64,000 nt of DNA from the human T2T-CHM13v2.0 reference genome, Homo sapiens (GCF_009914755.1 NC_060938.1), one strand, 5' to 3'; shown: positions 24,619-39,488, counted from the first letter of the stretch. A program made the numbers and translations. Notes: generated from the sequence alone by a model not told the origin.

Positions 24619-25030
24619 TGTTTTGGGTTGAATTGTGCCTCCATTAAGTATTGACCCCTTAATCCCCAATATCTGTAAATGTGATCTTATTTGGAAATAG
24701 AGTCTTCACAGATTATCAAGATAAGATGAGGTACATCCTTATCCAGCGTGATTGGTGTCATTATAAAAGGGGGAAATATGACTGGTACAACGAGAAGACA
24801 TTGTGATGAGACACAGGGAGAAGGTGGCCATCTACAGCCAAGGAATGCCTGAGGCTCCCAGAAAGTTAGGAAAGATGTCTTATTATATCCTCAGCCTTCA
24901 GAGGGAGCACGGCCCCGCCAACTCCTTGATTTCAAATTTCTGGCCTCCAGAACAGAGGTAATGAAATTTAGCTGTTCTAAGTCACCCAGTTTGTGGTGCT
25001 TTGTTGCAAAAGCCCTAGCAAACCAATATA
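24619..25030 (+). mobile_element. MLT1B/C MaLR solo LTR
   Basis: tgttttgggttgaattgtg...ttatttggaaatagagtc...gccctagcaaaccaatata. Confidence 0.82.
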
Positions 25031-25106
25031 CCCACTCGGTGAAGTAGCCTCATAGCTGCTTGAGTCTACAATCTTGGATAGACACTCTCCACATCTAACA
25101 TTAAGA

Positions 25107-25476
25107 TGTCTTAGTTCGTTTTTGCTACGGTAACAAAATACCTGAGACTGAGTAATTTATAAGTAATAGAAATGTGTTTCTCACAGTCCTCGAGGCTGGG
25201 AAGTCCGAGATCAAGAAGTTGCAGATTTAGTGTCTGTTGAGGGCCTGGTCTCTGCCTCCAAGATGGCACCTTGAACACTGTGTCCTCACATGGCAAAGAG
25301 ACGGAAGGGCAAAAAGGGCCTATGCTACTTCCCTCCAGCCCTTTCATAAGGCACCAAACCATTCATGAGGGATTTGATTTAATCACATCCCAAAAGCCCC
25401 ACCTCTTAATACCACCACAATGGGGATTAATTTTCAATGTGCGTTTATAAAGAATGCCATCATTCAAACCACAGCA
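25107..25476 (-). mobile_element. MSTD-like MaLR solo LTR
   Basis: tgtcttagttcg...ggctgggaagtccgagatcaag...ccaagatggcaccttg...cattcaaaccacagca. Confidence 0.82.
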
Positions 25477-25817
25477 GGAGGCTTTTAGTAATAAATTAAA
25501 AACTACATTCCCTTACATCCTGTGGGTTTTTATTTTATAGAACACTTTTCACAAATATTATCTTATTCATACCACACTCACGTAAGCAAGCCAAGGATCA
25601 TCTCTCTAGAGTGGTTCTATGGTATGGTAGTCCTGTGGTATGTATATAGTGGTTTCACACACCAGTCTTAGGCTGTCTATGTCCAAATTCTGCCCCTGTC
25701 AGTGACTCAGGAAAGTTACCAACTTTCTACATGCTTCAGTTTCTTCATCTGAGTAATAAGAGTAATAATAATAATAGTACCTACCTCATAATTGAGAGGG
25801 TTACATTAGATAGCATT

Positions 25818-26142
<325 letters not shown>

Positions 26143-26171
26143 TTAGCCTAGCCCATTGTATGCCCACAGAA

Positions 26172-26300
26172 GACCCTATTTTGTAGATAGAAAAACTGAA
26201 GTTCAGAGAAGTTAAGTGATTTACCCAAGGACATATGACTGCTAAGCACAACCAGGACTAAAACCCAAGTCTTCTAAATCCCAGGACCGCACTCTTCACT
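26172..26300 (-). mobile_element. MIR
   Basis: attttgtagatagaaaaactgaagttcagagaagttaagtgatttacccaagg. Confidence 0.8.
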
Positions 26301-29201
26301 ATAATATCTTGTCTCTCCCTTTCCTTTCATAATCATGATTCTTTCGTGCTCTGGGTTTAAATCAAGCTGAATCTTTTTGTCCTTTAAGCAATTATAAATG
26401 TAATTCCTCGTGCCATGCCCACTCCAGTCATTCAGTAAAGATTACAGTTTCTATAAACCACAAAGTCTTCTTGTCCAAATTCTTTTACGAGAACCTTTAT
26501 CCCAAGAAGTAACTCATCTTACTGCCTAACAGCAAAGCAGTTCTGTCAAGATAATACCTTCCCTAAATAAAACACCAAGGACATTTAAAGATAGAAGACA
26601 CAGCAGCCCCCACCAGCAGCCACCAAACTGCTGACTCCCCCAAGTCTACTGTGTTTTGATCCTGGGTTATCTTTGCTTAGTGAGACAGACCCTAATAGCT
26701 TACAGTTATTGTAAATAAATAAACTGAGTGCCCTGTAGATTGCAAAGCTGCCTTGGGACCTCACTTCTGCCTCATTATATTTGTTGCATTTATCCAACCA
26801 TCTCAGAAAGTGGTTCTCCTTAAAATTATGGGATGCAGAATAAAAAACCCATCAGGATTTAATGACCATATTTCAGTGTCTGATTCCTTAAAGGAACTTG
26901 GCTTTTTCAGCATTTTTGCAATCATTCGAACTAGGAGGAGATTGAAAAGGTAGAGCAAGTTTTGTTTTTTTAAAAGAACTACCACAAACCATCCATCAAC
27001 GTTAAACTATTGATAGGGAGAATGGAGAAGGGATGGACAGCCATGAGTGAGGAGGTTTGGAGAATATTTAAAAAGACAATCTCTCAGTCTAATAAAATAC
27101 AATTAACTGAATTTCGTGAAGGCTTCTATAAAAAATACACAAAGAATCAATATTAGGCATAAAACCCAAAAGTGGGTTGTTATCTCTAAACCAGAGAAAG
27201 CATTTCATTAGTCTGGAGGATTTTATACTCCTGTTGGGAAAATTGCTTTTCCTTCACTCCCCTCTTTTGCTGACTACAGAAACTCAATTGAAAAGTCAAT
27301 CATCAAAGTCACTTAGCAAATGTCAAAAGGTGCTGCCTCTTTCTAAATATATTTGCTTCCTGGTGGAAAATTCAGGCCCTAGAAACCCTGGCACCTTTCC
27401 TCCATGTTGGCTCACAATTTTCCATCATTGTGCCGTTTTTTACTCTTTACGGTTTGTTGTTGTCGTTTGTCTATTTTTGTTGTTGTTGGAAACAGAAAGC
27501 CCATTTTATAAGGTTGTGGGCAACAGCTTTTCTCTTTAACATTTCAGTGTTCTTTCACAGTCACTGCACCCGTAAGAGCACCCATTGCCCAGGTTATAAA
27601 CAAGCATCACACTCCAAACCCACTCATGGCAGCAAGAAAGGCCTTCTCACATTTTATCCTTGGACATGCCTGTTGCTTAATTTACACTCTGCCCGGTAAC
27701 AATGGTGGTTTCGTTTAAGACCTTACCAACCACAGATCAACAAGGCATACCCCCTCCTTCTTCAACTCACTAAAACACAAGTCGAGCAGATACACACAGT
27801 GCACAAAGGCCCTGGGAGCAGAATTTGAAGATCAGGCACAAACAGTCCAAGCGGGAGCTTATAGAAGCATCTGAAAACCTCGAGTCATAAATGACTGAAC
27901 TGGAAAGAGCATGATATAAGAGTACTGTCTGGGTACCAAACCAGGCTTCTAGTCAACAGTAGCCACAGTAAAATGGCAATTTACTGGACCTCTGATGTGC
28001 ACTTGATATATGCTTTACCACTCTACCTCTGGATTCTCTTTTTACTGGCTAGCTATGTAAGCTGGGGCAGACTGCCTCTTTTTTGAACATAGGGTTGTGA
28101 AATTCATATATGATATATCTGAACATGCTTTATTAACCAAGTACTTTAAAAAGGAAAGAATTACCTTGCCAAATCTAGGAGGGTGACTTGTGCTGCTGGT
28201 TGTCCAGTCTGTGTGTATATTCAATTATCTAACTAATAAATTAACCAGATTGACTGTCTACAATTTCTCATTTACTCTATCTTGGCTATGTGGATGTGTC
28301 CTAAAGATGACAGATGGTGACAATAGCAGACAGCTGCAGTGGGGACCTGGTTCCCTCATGAACATGGCTGGCTTCAGTCTTCTCTGAATAATCCTTAAAC
28401 TTGGAAAGTCAACACTGTTGCTTTCCAGCCCAAACTTTTTGGCTGTTTGTAGACCACCCAGCTATTTTCAAAAGAACTTTCCATAATCCATAGGATAGAT
28501 ATCTCAACCTTGAAAGGACTTGTGAAGAATTTACTTTGTACTAAGGTGTGCACTTCATTTATGAGTCATAATATATTCCACTAGAGTGCAACCTCCATCA
28601 AAGTCTTGTTCTGCGTTCCCGACAGCTCACACATGACCTGCACTCAGTAAAAACATAATTATTTAACATATTGCATCCATGAAATATCAAAAATTGGGGG
28701 TTGTCATTAATATTAAATTATAGAAGAAGAAACTGCTGACTGCCTATAACTGAGTGAAAATCATGATAGAAGAATAATTAGTAGGATCACAGCCGTGCGG
28801 CTGATGATTTAGATTACAGCCATTTAATAAGTAAACATTCCCTGCCCTTTGAAGAATGCAGTTTTAGTTTAGCCAGGCAAAAGCTGAGATAGGCCAAGAA
28901 GAGGTGATGGTAGACAACAAAGGGCTTTCAGCTGTACATTAAACCTGCTTAAATCACATACGATTTAAGTAACGATAGTAAGAATTATAGTAAGAATGGC
29001 AGTATGATACTGTATACAATAGTATTCAGAATTCTATATTAGTTTTATATACACCTATATAGAGAGAGAGATATATTCTGTAGTTTAGAATTCCTTAATA
29101 ATAGATTTGTATCCATAAAATCTTTTGACTTCCAATCTCCATTCAGTGTAATAAATCCTCTTTTCTGTGCCTGAGAATGTGGGATACTTTAATCGTAGTC
29201 A

Positions 29202-29220
29202 TGCTGCCATCTAGTGGACA
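29202..29220 (-). promoter_or_regulatory. CTCF-binding motif
   Basis: Minus strand TGTCCACTAGATGGCAGCA matches the CTCF core CCAC(C/T)AG(A/G)(G/T)GGCAGCA; lies in non-repeat DNA. Confidence 0.7.
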
Positions 29221-30109
29221 TATCTTAGACCTGAGGGTCTTCTGTCTTCTGGAAATTGTCAGGAAAGAATTAGAAGTTTTAAGGTTCATGTCTGACATCT
29301 ATTTTTCTGTAGGAGACTAATTTTTTGAATACCTCTATAGATTTCTCTTAGTTTGGATCAGAGTATTTTTCACACTATTCCTCCTGTCTTAGTAGAAAGA
29401 TATTTTCAAATGTGTCAGTCACACTCAGTGAGCTGGAAGAGAATTTCTGTTTTCTGCTTTTGTTTAAAAATGAGAAGAGTGTGACAAGAGAAAATGTGTC
29501 CCCCTGGAAAGAAGTGCCATCAGACCAGCAATAGCCTGCCTCCTTTTTTTAGATCCATGCTGTATATCTTTGAGGGACGAGGCCTCAAACAGACACACTG
29601 ACAGGTCACTTCGTTTTGTTTTTTTCTTTCTGTTGTTTTCCTGAGACAATTATGAACACCCCTGTGTGACAAACACACTCCTATTTGAACAGCGACATTT
29701 TACTTTAGTCCTTCACCAGCAAGTGCGACAGAGGAAATGAAGGGCAAAGCAAAGAATCTGGCTTCTTTCTCGGCTGTGAGGCCTGAATGAGTCACTTCTT
29801 TTCTCTGACCTCGGTTTCTCCCTCTGCTCAATGAATAGCGGCATTAGGCAATCTTTAAAGCACCTCCTTGCCCAAAAGCACATTAAGATATATCGTATGT
29901 GAGTTAAACACCCTATAAACAAAGCCCGTACTATGCAAAGCACGTGCAAACAAAATACAATTGCAAGATTTCCCTCATTTTACCCTTCTCTGTTGGTTAT
30001 CAGGTCCTCAATGCTATCTGAAAAGTCCCGGAGAGAAGGGTTGCCTCTGTCTATTCAGTGGGCAGTTGACACGTAGGATTCATAATTCTGAGCCCTTCAT
30101 TCACTGGAG

Positions 30110-30282
30110 GGCATGGATCTTAATTTTGGAGGGCACATTGGAATCACCTGGAGAGCTTTTAAAATACTGACGTTTGGGATCCACCCAGATTTAATTGGTA
30201 GGGGGTGCTTCTGGGACTTTGAAGTAGTCTTAAAGTTCTCCAAGTGATTGCAATTTGCAGTAAAGCTTGAGGCCCACTGGTC
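30110..30282. mobile_element. MER5-type hAT MITE
   Basis: gcacattggaatcacctggagagcttttaaaatactga...ctccaagtgattgcaatttgcag...ccactg. Confidence 0.7.
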
Positions 30283-30909
30283 TACAGAAAATAAAACACA
30301 GAAGCCTTAGATAATGAAATGAATCTTTCCAGGGAAGAGCAGGAGAGCAAGGCACCGGCACCGAGTCGCTCATCCTCATATGACCCGCTTCTGGCTTCCT
30401 TTAACCCTTTTGCTTCCACGGGTAAATTTCAAACACTGTTACTTGGTTTCTTAATCTATCTGCATGTGCTCCACTAACTCGTTTTTTGCTAAAGGAGGAA
30501 AAATAGAAGCTAAAGGGAATATTAAATTCTCCTTGCTAAAGGCTTTTTAAGTGCCATAGATATTTTAAAGAGAAAAGGGAATTTAGAGATCATCTATTCC
30601 AAGTCCTTGATTTGACAGGCAAAGACATAAACCAGGAAAGATCAATAGCTGGATATGGGCTATGATATGCTCTGTATAAGCAGGACTCCTTGCTACCACT
30701 TTTACGTACATCATATCATTAACTCTTCACTATAGTCTTACAAGATGGTCATTTTACAACCATGTGGAGATTTCATGAGATTAAGCCAACACTGGTAACT
30801 GGAAACCTGAACTTGAATCTAGGCCCTTCCAGCTCCTCTGTACATGCAAAGTCCTGGTCCCACAGGTCATGGATGGCCAGGTGAGACCAGAAGACTACAA
30901 GCTTACAAA

Positions 30910-31125
30910 ATAGCTATCATTTTTTGAGAACGTACTAGATACCAGACTTGAGCTCAGCACTCTGCATGCATTATCTCATTTAACCCAAACAATAATACTC
31001 ATAGGATTAATTAACCTACCTACTTTTACACACAAGCAATCTGCAGCCCAGAGAGGTAATTTGCCCAAGATCAGAGAGCTAACAAGAAACAGAGCTGAGG
31101 GCCTGTTCAGCCTTCAAAGCCCATG
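30910..31125 (-). mobile_element. MIR
   Basis: gcattatctcatttaaccc...cagagaggtaatttgcccaagatca. Confidence 0.7.
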
Positions 31126-32293
31126 GAGGAATTTTCCCTTATATTATATGACTCATTCCTAACACAGCCAAGCCCATAGGGAGTATCAGTAACACAAAAG
31201 TTTGGTAAAGTTTTCTTCCTCATTTCGCAGTGCAAGCATGCCCAAATACTTCATTTGGGTAATTTATATTAGTGGAAAGCGCTTAAAATCAGATTACACT
31301 TTTCTCTTTGCCTATCTCTAAAATGCATTTAATAGGCCACAGGTAAACTATGTGATACTTATTAAAATGTACTTTTAGTGCATTCTAAATAGCTGTGATA
31401 GCTTCACTGTGAATTTTAAATTTGCACTGCATTTATTTTTACTCTGGAAATACAATTTATATGATTCTTCCCTAATATATTTCTTACCTGATTTGTATTT
31501 GATGGCTCAGTCTCAGCAACTGATACATACTAATGATGATATATACTACAGTGGACTAGGGAAAGGGTAGTGTCGATCCCCTCCAAACAGAACATGGGGT
31601 GTGATAAGATTAATTCACTTCTGCAAAGCCTTTTAAGGCTCAGAAAAGCACTGTACTAGTGTTTTGTTGTTTAGCATTTCAGAAACTTACATGAAGATAG
31701 AATATGTCTTATACAACTAGTGTCCTAGTACTTTTATGTAAACCAAGTTGCTTCATTAAATTACACTTTTAATGTCCTAAGTGAAAATCCTATTGAAAGG
31801 GCCAGATATCCCAAGCCATTGCATAAAACCACACACTTACCTCTTACCATTTTGTCTGCTAAAATTAGATTAAAGTGTCTCTGATAAAGGAAGAGATGAA
31901 AAGTTGTCATAAAATGGCAACTGGAGAGGAATAAAGGCAAAGGAACAATCTGGATTATTTGCTTTGTTGAGAGTGGAGAACAGCTATGGTTGGATAAAAA
32001 TCTATTAGCCTCAGGCATGTGTGTTTTACCAAGAGTTAATGGAGCTTGCAGAATGTGTAACCAGCATCACCATGCCCTTTATGATCTAGATAAGATTGGC
32101 TCTAACTCCCATTTCATCTCAGCTCCCCCCCCAGAAGATTTCTGTGTATTCATGCCTTTCTACTGCCTCTGATTTAGAATCCTGCTTCTGCAAAATTCAC
32201 TCTATTTCTGTATTATCTCCTCATCCATTCCCTGTTCTGCACTGCAGCGACCCTCCTAAGGAGAAGCTCAGGTCTCTCCATCTACACAAACCA

Positions 32294-32442
32294 TTCTCTG
32301 TCTTTCTGTTTCTGTCTCTGTCTCTTTCTGTGTGTCTCCCTCTCTCTCACACACACATACACATATTCACCACATGTACACACACATGCTTACATTCACA
32401 CACATCCATGCACACATACGTGTACACATACACATGCACATC
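32294..32442. repeat. Degenerate (TC)n followed by (CA)n
   Basis: Direct reading. Confidence 0.85.
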
Positions 32443-34269
32443 ACTTACAGAAGCTGTGCATTTGGGTGAGAATTTCAGAAAACTGCAAGAGGTGGAACAG
32501 TTACATGACTAAAATGCAGGTCCTTCAAATTGACCATTTATCATCTCCAGGCACATTCCTTGGCCCTCCTTTCCACTAACAGGAGCACTTCACTAGCCTC
32601 TGGCCACCACACTAGCTCCTCTCTCTTTTCTCCATGTTCCTAACACTCAAGATCTAATGCACAACAATTTTGAAATTCCTTTGGTTGTCTTAACTCCTGC
32701 AAGCCCTCAGTTCTCCCCGTCACATCCCCAAATGACTTGTCAAGATACTTTCCTAAAATAGTTCCCATCTTGAGAATAATTCTGGTAGCAGGTGTGAAAA
32801 TAGTACATTATTCTACCACCTACAAAACTCTTTCTTCCCTACCTACTTTTTTTGCGACTGGATGTCTAGTAGCTAGGACAATAAACAAATACTGTACTCT
32901 GTTTTGATAAAGCCCAGTAACAAAAATGATCATTAAATAATTTTAAAAACAATCCATCTTTATGAGCATCTCCCTAATCTAAATACTTTCCTGGTCTGAG
33001 CTGTGTTGAACACACACAGGGCATACCTGTATATTCTCTGGCTTGGAACCCAAACCATCTAGAGGCCCCATCAATTCTGTGGCTCTCAGTTGTACTCAGG
33101 GACAGCCGATCATCCACCAACCACAAGATTTGAAGCCTAGAGCACAGATAGATGTTCAATAATCCAAGAAGACCATTGACAGGAGGTGCCAAGAGCATAA
33201 GTACACGTCAAAACAGGGGCCTGCCGAAAACTGTCCTTGGCGGGAACTGGAGAAAGCCAAGCCAAATGGTGGGGATTTCAAGATAATTCAGCAGAAGTGG
33301 CATGGAGGGAACAGCTGGAGTGTCACTTTCAAACTTTCATGTCTCACACCAACACCCAAATCGAATAGGGCAGGAAAAAATAGAACAAAGTCATCAGCAG
33401 ATGCAAGCCCAAAGAGCTAAATGTCATCTTTGCTGTGGCAAAAAGAGAAGAGAGGAAGAAGGGGATGGATTTCCTGGATCCATAATCTTAAACATGGGGC
33501 CAATTCTGGGTTAAAAACACTCAAGGTGATGCGCAAAAAAAAGCCTGCTGCCTCCATCACCACCGTCTTCTGCTTTGATCTTTCCTTGGCCAGGCCATTC
33601 TCTCTCGCCTCTGCCCACTCTCCTCTCACCCCACATTTGCCCATAAATACACATACTCACACGCTCATGGAAGACCAGTCCTGTAACTTTTACCTCCATA
33701 TGAAAGCCACGATGCTTCCTACACCTCTCAGGCGTACCTGTGCTTTTACCCTGTGAGAGGAAAAATGCCATATTGGCAGACACTTCAAGATTTCATCCCT
33801 CCTTCCCAGGGAATAGGGTAAAGGGATGTGCAGGTTTATGATGTGCCCACGTTTTTCTCAGTAAATGTTCCTGTTCATTCTAAAAATCATTCTGTGACTC
33901 CGCCGGCTTCCTTTTTCAGTACAAAGGGAGAAATTTAGCCAAGGATTATGAGCAATTTGGGAGGTATCATTTCCCTGCCAAGTTGCCAAGTCATGAAGGA
34001 AATGCAACTTGTCTAGTGACAAGGCATCTGGAAAGAGTGATGGCTTGGGAGATCTCTGAAAGCAGTGGCTGGAAACTGCAGAGGGAAATGAAATGCACAT
34101 TCCTGGAGGAAACCTTCAGAGCTCTCCTGCTGAGTTCTAGCGTCCACTCACAGAAAGCCCAGTGCAAGGTCTGAGAAGTAGACATTCTCAGCCCTCATCT
34201 GGTCACCTCACTGGCAGCATTAGATGCCCCAGTAAGCTCTTCCCCTCAATTCCTTTGCCCTTGCCTCTC

Positions 34270-35025
34270 TCCTACCATCCTGACCACCTCTCTGTCTCCT
34301 CTCCCTGACCTCTAAACACCAGAACATCACAGGGCTCAATCCTTGGGGCTCTCTTCTACATCAAATTTCATCCATACTTCCAAGAACCATCCATAGGCTG
34401 ATAGCACTCAAATTTTTAACACCAAACAGACTCCTTACCTTAATCTCAAATTAGGATATCCAACTGCCTACTCAGCATATTATTTGGATGTCTGATAGGC
34501 ATCCTAGACTTCACATGTCCCAAACAGAACCCTTGGTCTCTGCCCAAAGCATGCTCCTCCTTGCTCTTGTTCATCTCAGTAGATGGAAAAGCCATTCTTC
34601 CAACTGCTCAGGCTAAAATCTTAGAGTCATTCTTGAACTTAGCTCTTTCTCATATACCTTATATCTGGACCATCAGCAAAGCCTGCTGGTTCTACCATCT
34701 AAACTGTATCTAGAATCCAACCACTTTTTACCACCTCATTCATCACTACCATTTTGGTACCAACCACCATCTCTTGGCAACTGGATTGTTGCAGTCACCT
34801 CCCAGCTGGTCTCCAAGTGTCCATACCTTCTGCAGTGTGCTCCACACAGCAGCCACATCTTCTGTGAGTCAAATCAAACCATTTCCCTGTTCAAAACCTT
34901 CCAAGGATCTCTTATCTTACTCAGCATAAATTCCTACATGATCTGGCCCTTGCTATTCATCATTGTCTTTTTTTTAATTCTTAGCACTTAGTCAAATCTG
35001 CCATATTATGTATTTGTTGTATGGT
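34270..35025 (+). mobile_element. L2 fragment
   Basis: atatccaactgcctactcagcat...ggatgtctgataggcatc...tctagaatccaaccactt; its 3' tail resumes at ~35680-35750. Confidence 0.82.
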
Positions 35026-35032
35026 CCAGAAC

Positions 35033-35672
35033 AGGAGTCAGCACACTGCAGCCCCTAAGCTCAGCACCTGTGTTATAAATAAAATTCTATTGGAAGACAT
35101 GCATGCCCCTTAACAAAGACTGTCTCCGTGGCCAAACTTCAGTTTCTTCTCAGCCCGCTTCTTGATCAAGGCTTAACCTTAGCCTGCTTCCCTGCCCTCA
35201 GCCCCCAGAGCCCAGTTTTAGTAAGAATCCTGCTAAGTCAGTTTAACAAAAATCCTCCCATCCTTGATACCTGATCAAATTCCTCACCCTTCACCCTTGA
35301 TATCTAAGTCCTAAGAATTCTGTTCTGTTAGGTTTGTTTAGCAAGAATCCTTCTTCCACTGATGTCTAATCAAGTTTCTCTTAGTAATTTTCCATCCCCT
35401 AACCCCCTCACTGTGCTATATTTGGAACTGAGCAGTTCTATACTGAAGTCCATCTCACTTACTAGAGTAGCTTGAATAAAATCTGTCTCGCCATTTTTAA
35501 CAAGCATGCAGTGCAAGATTTTTCTCTTGCACCACTAATTTGCAGATTGTCTCTGGCTGCATTAGGGCTATAATGGCAGAGTTGAGTAGCTGCAACACAG
35601 ATTGTATGGCCAGTAAAGTCTAAAATGTTTACTATCTGCTATTTACAGAAAAAGTTGGCCAATTGATCCCTG
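35033..35672 (-). mobile_element. MER58A split by a MER31 LTR
   Basis: caggagtcagcacact...aataaaattctattggaa, then ggcagagttgagtagctgcaacacaga...tttacagaaaaagttggcc. Confidence 0.72.
35110..35531 (+). mobile_element. MER31-type ERV1 solo LTR
   Basis: acaaagactgtctcc...cccagttttagtaagaatcctgctaagtcagttta...ttgaataaaatctg. Confidence 0.75.
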
Positions 35673-36814
35673 TTCTCAAATGTAAATTCCATGAAAACAG
35701 GGACTTCAAAAATGTTCAATAAATATTTGTTAAACAAATAATAAATGAATATGAGATAAAAGTACAAAATAGTGACTGGATTTCTAACAAAAGTGTTAGA
35801 ATTTGAAATCCAAGTGAATGTCCTGCAAAAGAAAGGGATTGTAATAATAATCATAGTAAGGTAATGGGATGGTTCTCATTGAAAATGGATTAAACACTTT
35901 TGATGCTGCAAATGATTTCTGCCTTCTAAGGGAGGAGGTTTGAATTTATTTGCAGGGAAGACCATATTTTGGTTTAGGAAAACTACTCCACATAAGCAGT
36001 TTCCACGTGTTACCCCCAGGGAAGAGCTGTGTGGAGGAACCGGAATGCTGACTTTCCAGACTGTTTCATTTAATAATGCACATAGGGGGTTTCTTTCAGC
36101 AGAGCTACGGGCTCTAAGTTAAAGAAAGGAAAAAAATAAGAACAACAAAACTGCCCACAAACTCTCACTTCTCTCTGGGTGCTAAGGGAAGTATGTTCTG
36201 AGCCTAAGGAAGGAAGGTGCCTGGGGTCTTCCCAGTGCTGGACAAGGAGCTGTCCTTCACTTGTGGTGTCTGGAGGTAGGCAGGGAAGTGGACCTAAGAG
36301 AGACTGTATGAAATAGTCCTAAGCTTAGGAGTTTGTGTATAGTGACGAGTGGAGGCTTTAAGTTGTTCTCTGTGGTTTTGGGGTCTGTAAAGTGCTACCA
36401 GGAATTACAGGACAAACTTAGTCCAGGCTAGAGATGAAAGGGCAAAGGGGAGAAAGCAGCTCATGCTCCCCCAAAGCCAGAATGGGGGTACTGGAGAGGG
36501 ACATGAGCACAGGGCAGCCTTGCTCCTGGAGAGGCATCCCCTGAGGCCCACCAGGAAGTGGGGCAGCAGTGTGGGCATGTCACAGGCAGGCTGGAGAACA
36601 ATGGACAGAACCAGTCTTTAGCACAGTTGAGAGACAGCCCTTCAGACAACTCTTAGAATTACTCTGGGGACTGGAATTCTACAGTCAAGACAGTGTGGAG
36701 CTTACAATATGGATACTTAGAAATGTGATCTTATTTTGGATCATAGCCTACTGAGACTAGGACATTTAGTTTACAATAAAGCTAGCAATTTGAAGAACAT
36801 TATTTTAGATTAAG

Positions 36815-37010
36815 TGTTCATTTATCCATTCAATTAATAAATATTGATTCAGTGCCTGCCACACACCCATCACTGGGCTGGGGATGGAGATCTAGTGAGG
36901 AGCCCAAGAGACATGGCTGTGTTCTGGGGAGCATACAGTCTAGTGCAGGAGGCAGACAGTAAACCACAGTTACACAAATATTTATGCATGTGTGATAAAT
37001 GCTGCAAAAG
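36815..37010 (-). mobile_element. L2 3' end
   Basis: ttcatttatccattcaattaataaatattgattcagtgcctgcc...ggagcatacagtctagt. Confidence 0.7.
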
Positions 37011-37375
37011 AGAAACACAGGGTGGGAGGCACATGGGTGGATGGATGGATAAATGAACAGGCTTTCCAACTTTCCTATAATCCTAAGTTCATCCAAATGG
37101 TTATTGTTTCAGGGACATGTCTCATCCTAGCTGCTTGGATGGGTAATTCCATCGTACACTCTTGATGAATCTCCTTCCCTTAGTCAGATCCTGCCTCTTC
37201 CACACCATCGCTATGTCTCATACCTGCAGTAAGGAGGGAGTTGTCACTTCTCAACCTCATTCACCAGACTGGTGACTCCCAGGGAACTTTCTAAAAATGG
37301 GGAGGTGACCAGCCTCCCAGCAGCCTTCCATGAGGGCACAGTTCTGTGGGCTCCTGGATTGTTTATAGACATACC

Positions 37376-37772
37376 TGATATGGTTTAGATGTTTGCCCCC
37401 TCCAAATCTCATGTTGAAATGTGATCCCCAATGTTGGAGGTGGGGCCTAGTGGGAGGTGTTAGGGTCATGGCTTGGTGCCACCCTGATGGTAATGAGTGA
37501 GTTCTTGCTCTGAGTTCATGTGAAACATGTTGTTTAAAAGACCCCGGCACCTCTCCCCACCTCCTCTTGCTCCATCTCTCGCCATGTGACATGCTGGCTC
37601 CCCCATCACCTTTGACTATGATTGGAAGCTTCCTGAGGTCTCAACAGGAGCAAATGCCAGCACAATACTTCTTATAAGTCCTGTAGAACTGTGAGTCAAC
37701 TAAACCTTTTTTCTGTATAAATTACCCAACCTCAGTTATTTCTTTATAGCAGCACAAGAATGGCCTAATACA
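37376..37772 (+). mobile_element. MSTB-like MaLR solo LTR
   Basis: tgatatggtttagatg...ggcctaataca; perfect TSD ATACC (37371-37375, 37773-37777). Confidence 0.9.
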
Positions 37773-38959
37773 ATACCCAAAGAAGCTGATTCTCTAGTGG
37801 TCTCACTCATTGGTATAAAAATAAAATGATTTTACTTTCCCCAGTTACTTTCCTGCAGCAAAGAGTCTGCTCTGCAAACATCTCCATACTGGAAAAAAGG
37901 GGATTTTAGTAATATCTCAACCCAGTTCCGTCACTTCTTGATCACTTTCAATGATTAAAACAGTGTAATTCCAGTTCTTAAAAACCTGTCTTCATTGTAG
38001 CTTTGCAAACTCACGTTTGATTCAAATCCCTCCCCACAGGCAGATTAGACTTGGGACAGAGGGATTTGGCCAACTCTCTCTCCCTTTCTCTTTCTGGTTC
38101 CCACTGCTGTGGTGCTGGGGCAGGAGGATGGAGAGCGTTGGCCTGGATGCCAACTCTCGAGCTGTCTCTGGTCAAGCTGCCAGCTCCATTTTGTTGGTTG
38201 CCTCTACTTGTTTGCTTACCCCTGTCTGGACATCAGTCCACTTTATATGTAAGGGATTCAAACAGGCCCTCGGGAACACATTTGTGGATTCTCAGAGGGA
38301 GAGGGGTCTGCAGAGCCTCCTTGCTGCACAGTTCCCCTGACATAAGCCCTGCCAGATTTGTGCTTCCCTACCTCCTCAGCACCCCCAGAGACCTCAGGGA
38401 TACTTCTCCTAGGCAACTTTTTTTGGGGGAGACCTATAAGACAGACAGCTGCACCTCCTGGGCATCCACTAGAACCACAGGATGCTCACAGGTCCCGACC
38501 ATGCCTGCGTGCAATGTAAACAGCTTCTCCAGGGCCATGTCTGGGCTCCATCTTCTCTCTCCAGTCCCTGCCTCTACACTCCAGAAGCTTCGATGCTTGG
38601 GTGAGGAGACAACAGGTGACACCTAGTTCCCAAACTAGTGTAGTTGAGAATGCTTCAGGCACCTTCTGTGGATTTGGAGCCTCCCACCCTTATTTCGAGG
38701 AGGAGAGAAAAGGAATAGTCACTTTTCATCAACAATACCTTCCCCATCAGAGGCTACTTTTCTCTCCATGAAGGGGATCAGCCGTCTTTCACCTGGAGAG
38801 AATTGCGGCAACAGGGATAGGGCCAGTTCTCTAACTGGCGTATCTCATAAAAACACGCCTAAATGGGACAGGTCCAACTGCTGACACTTCTTTGAACTCA
38901 GGACATCGGGTGCTTAGCACCTTTGGGTCTCAGCTGTGGGGCTTTGCAGGCAATTGTAG

Positions 38960-39425
<466 letters not shown>

Positions 39426-39488
39426 TGACATTTCACTGGGTAATAAGAGGACAGCTCAGGTCTGTCAGCAGGTGAACCACATTCTCAC

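Noticed and set aside
38017-38626. 191-aa and 107-aa overlapping ORFs
   Set aside because: Non-ATG starts and no homology I can recognise
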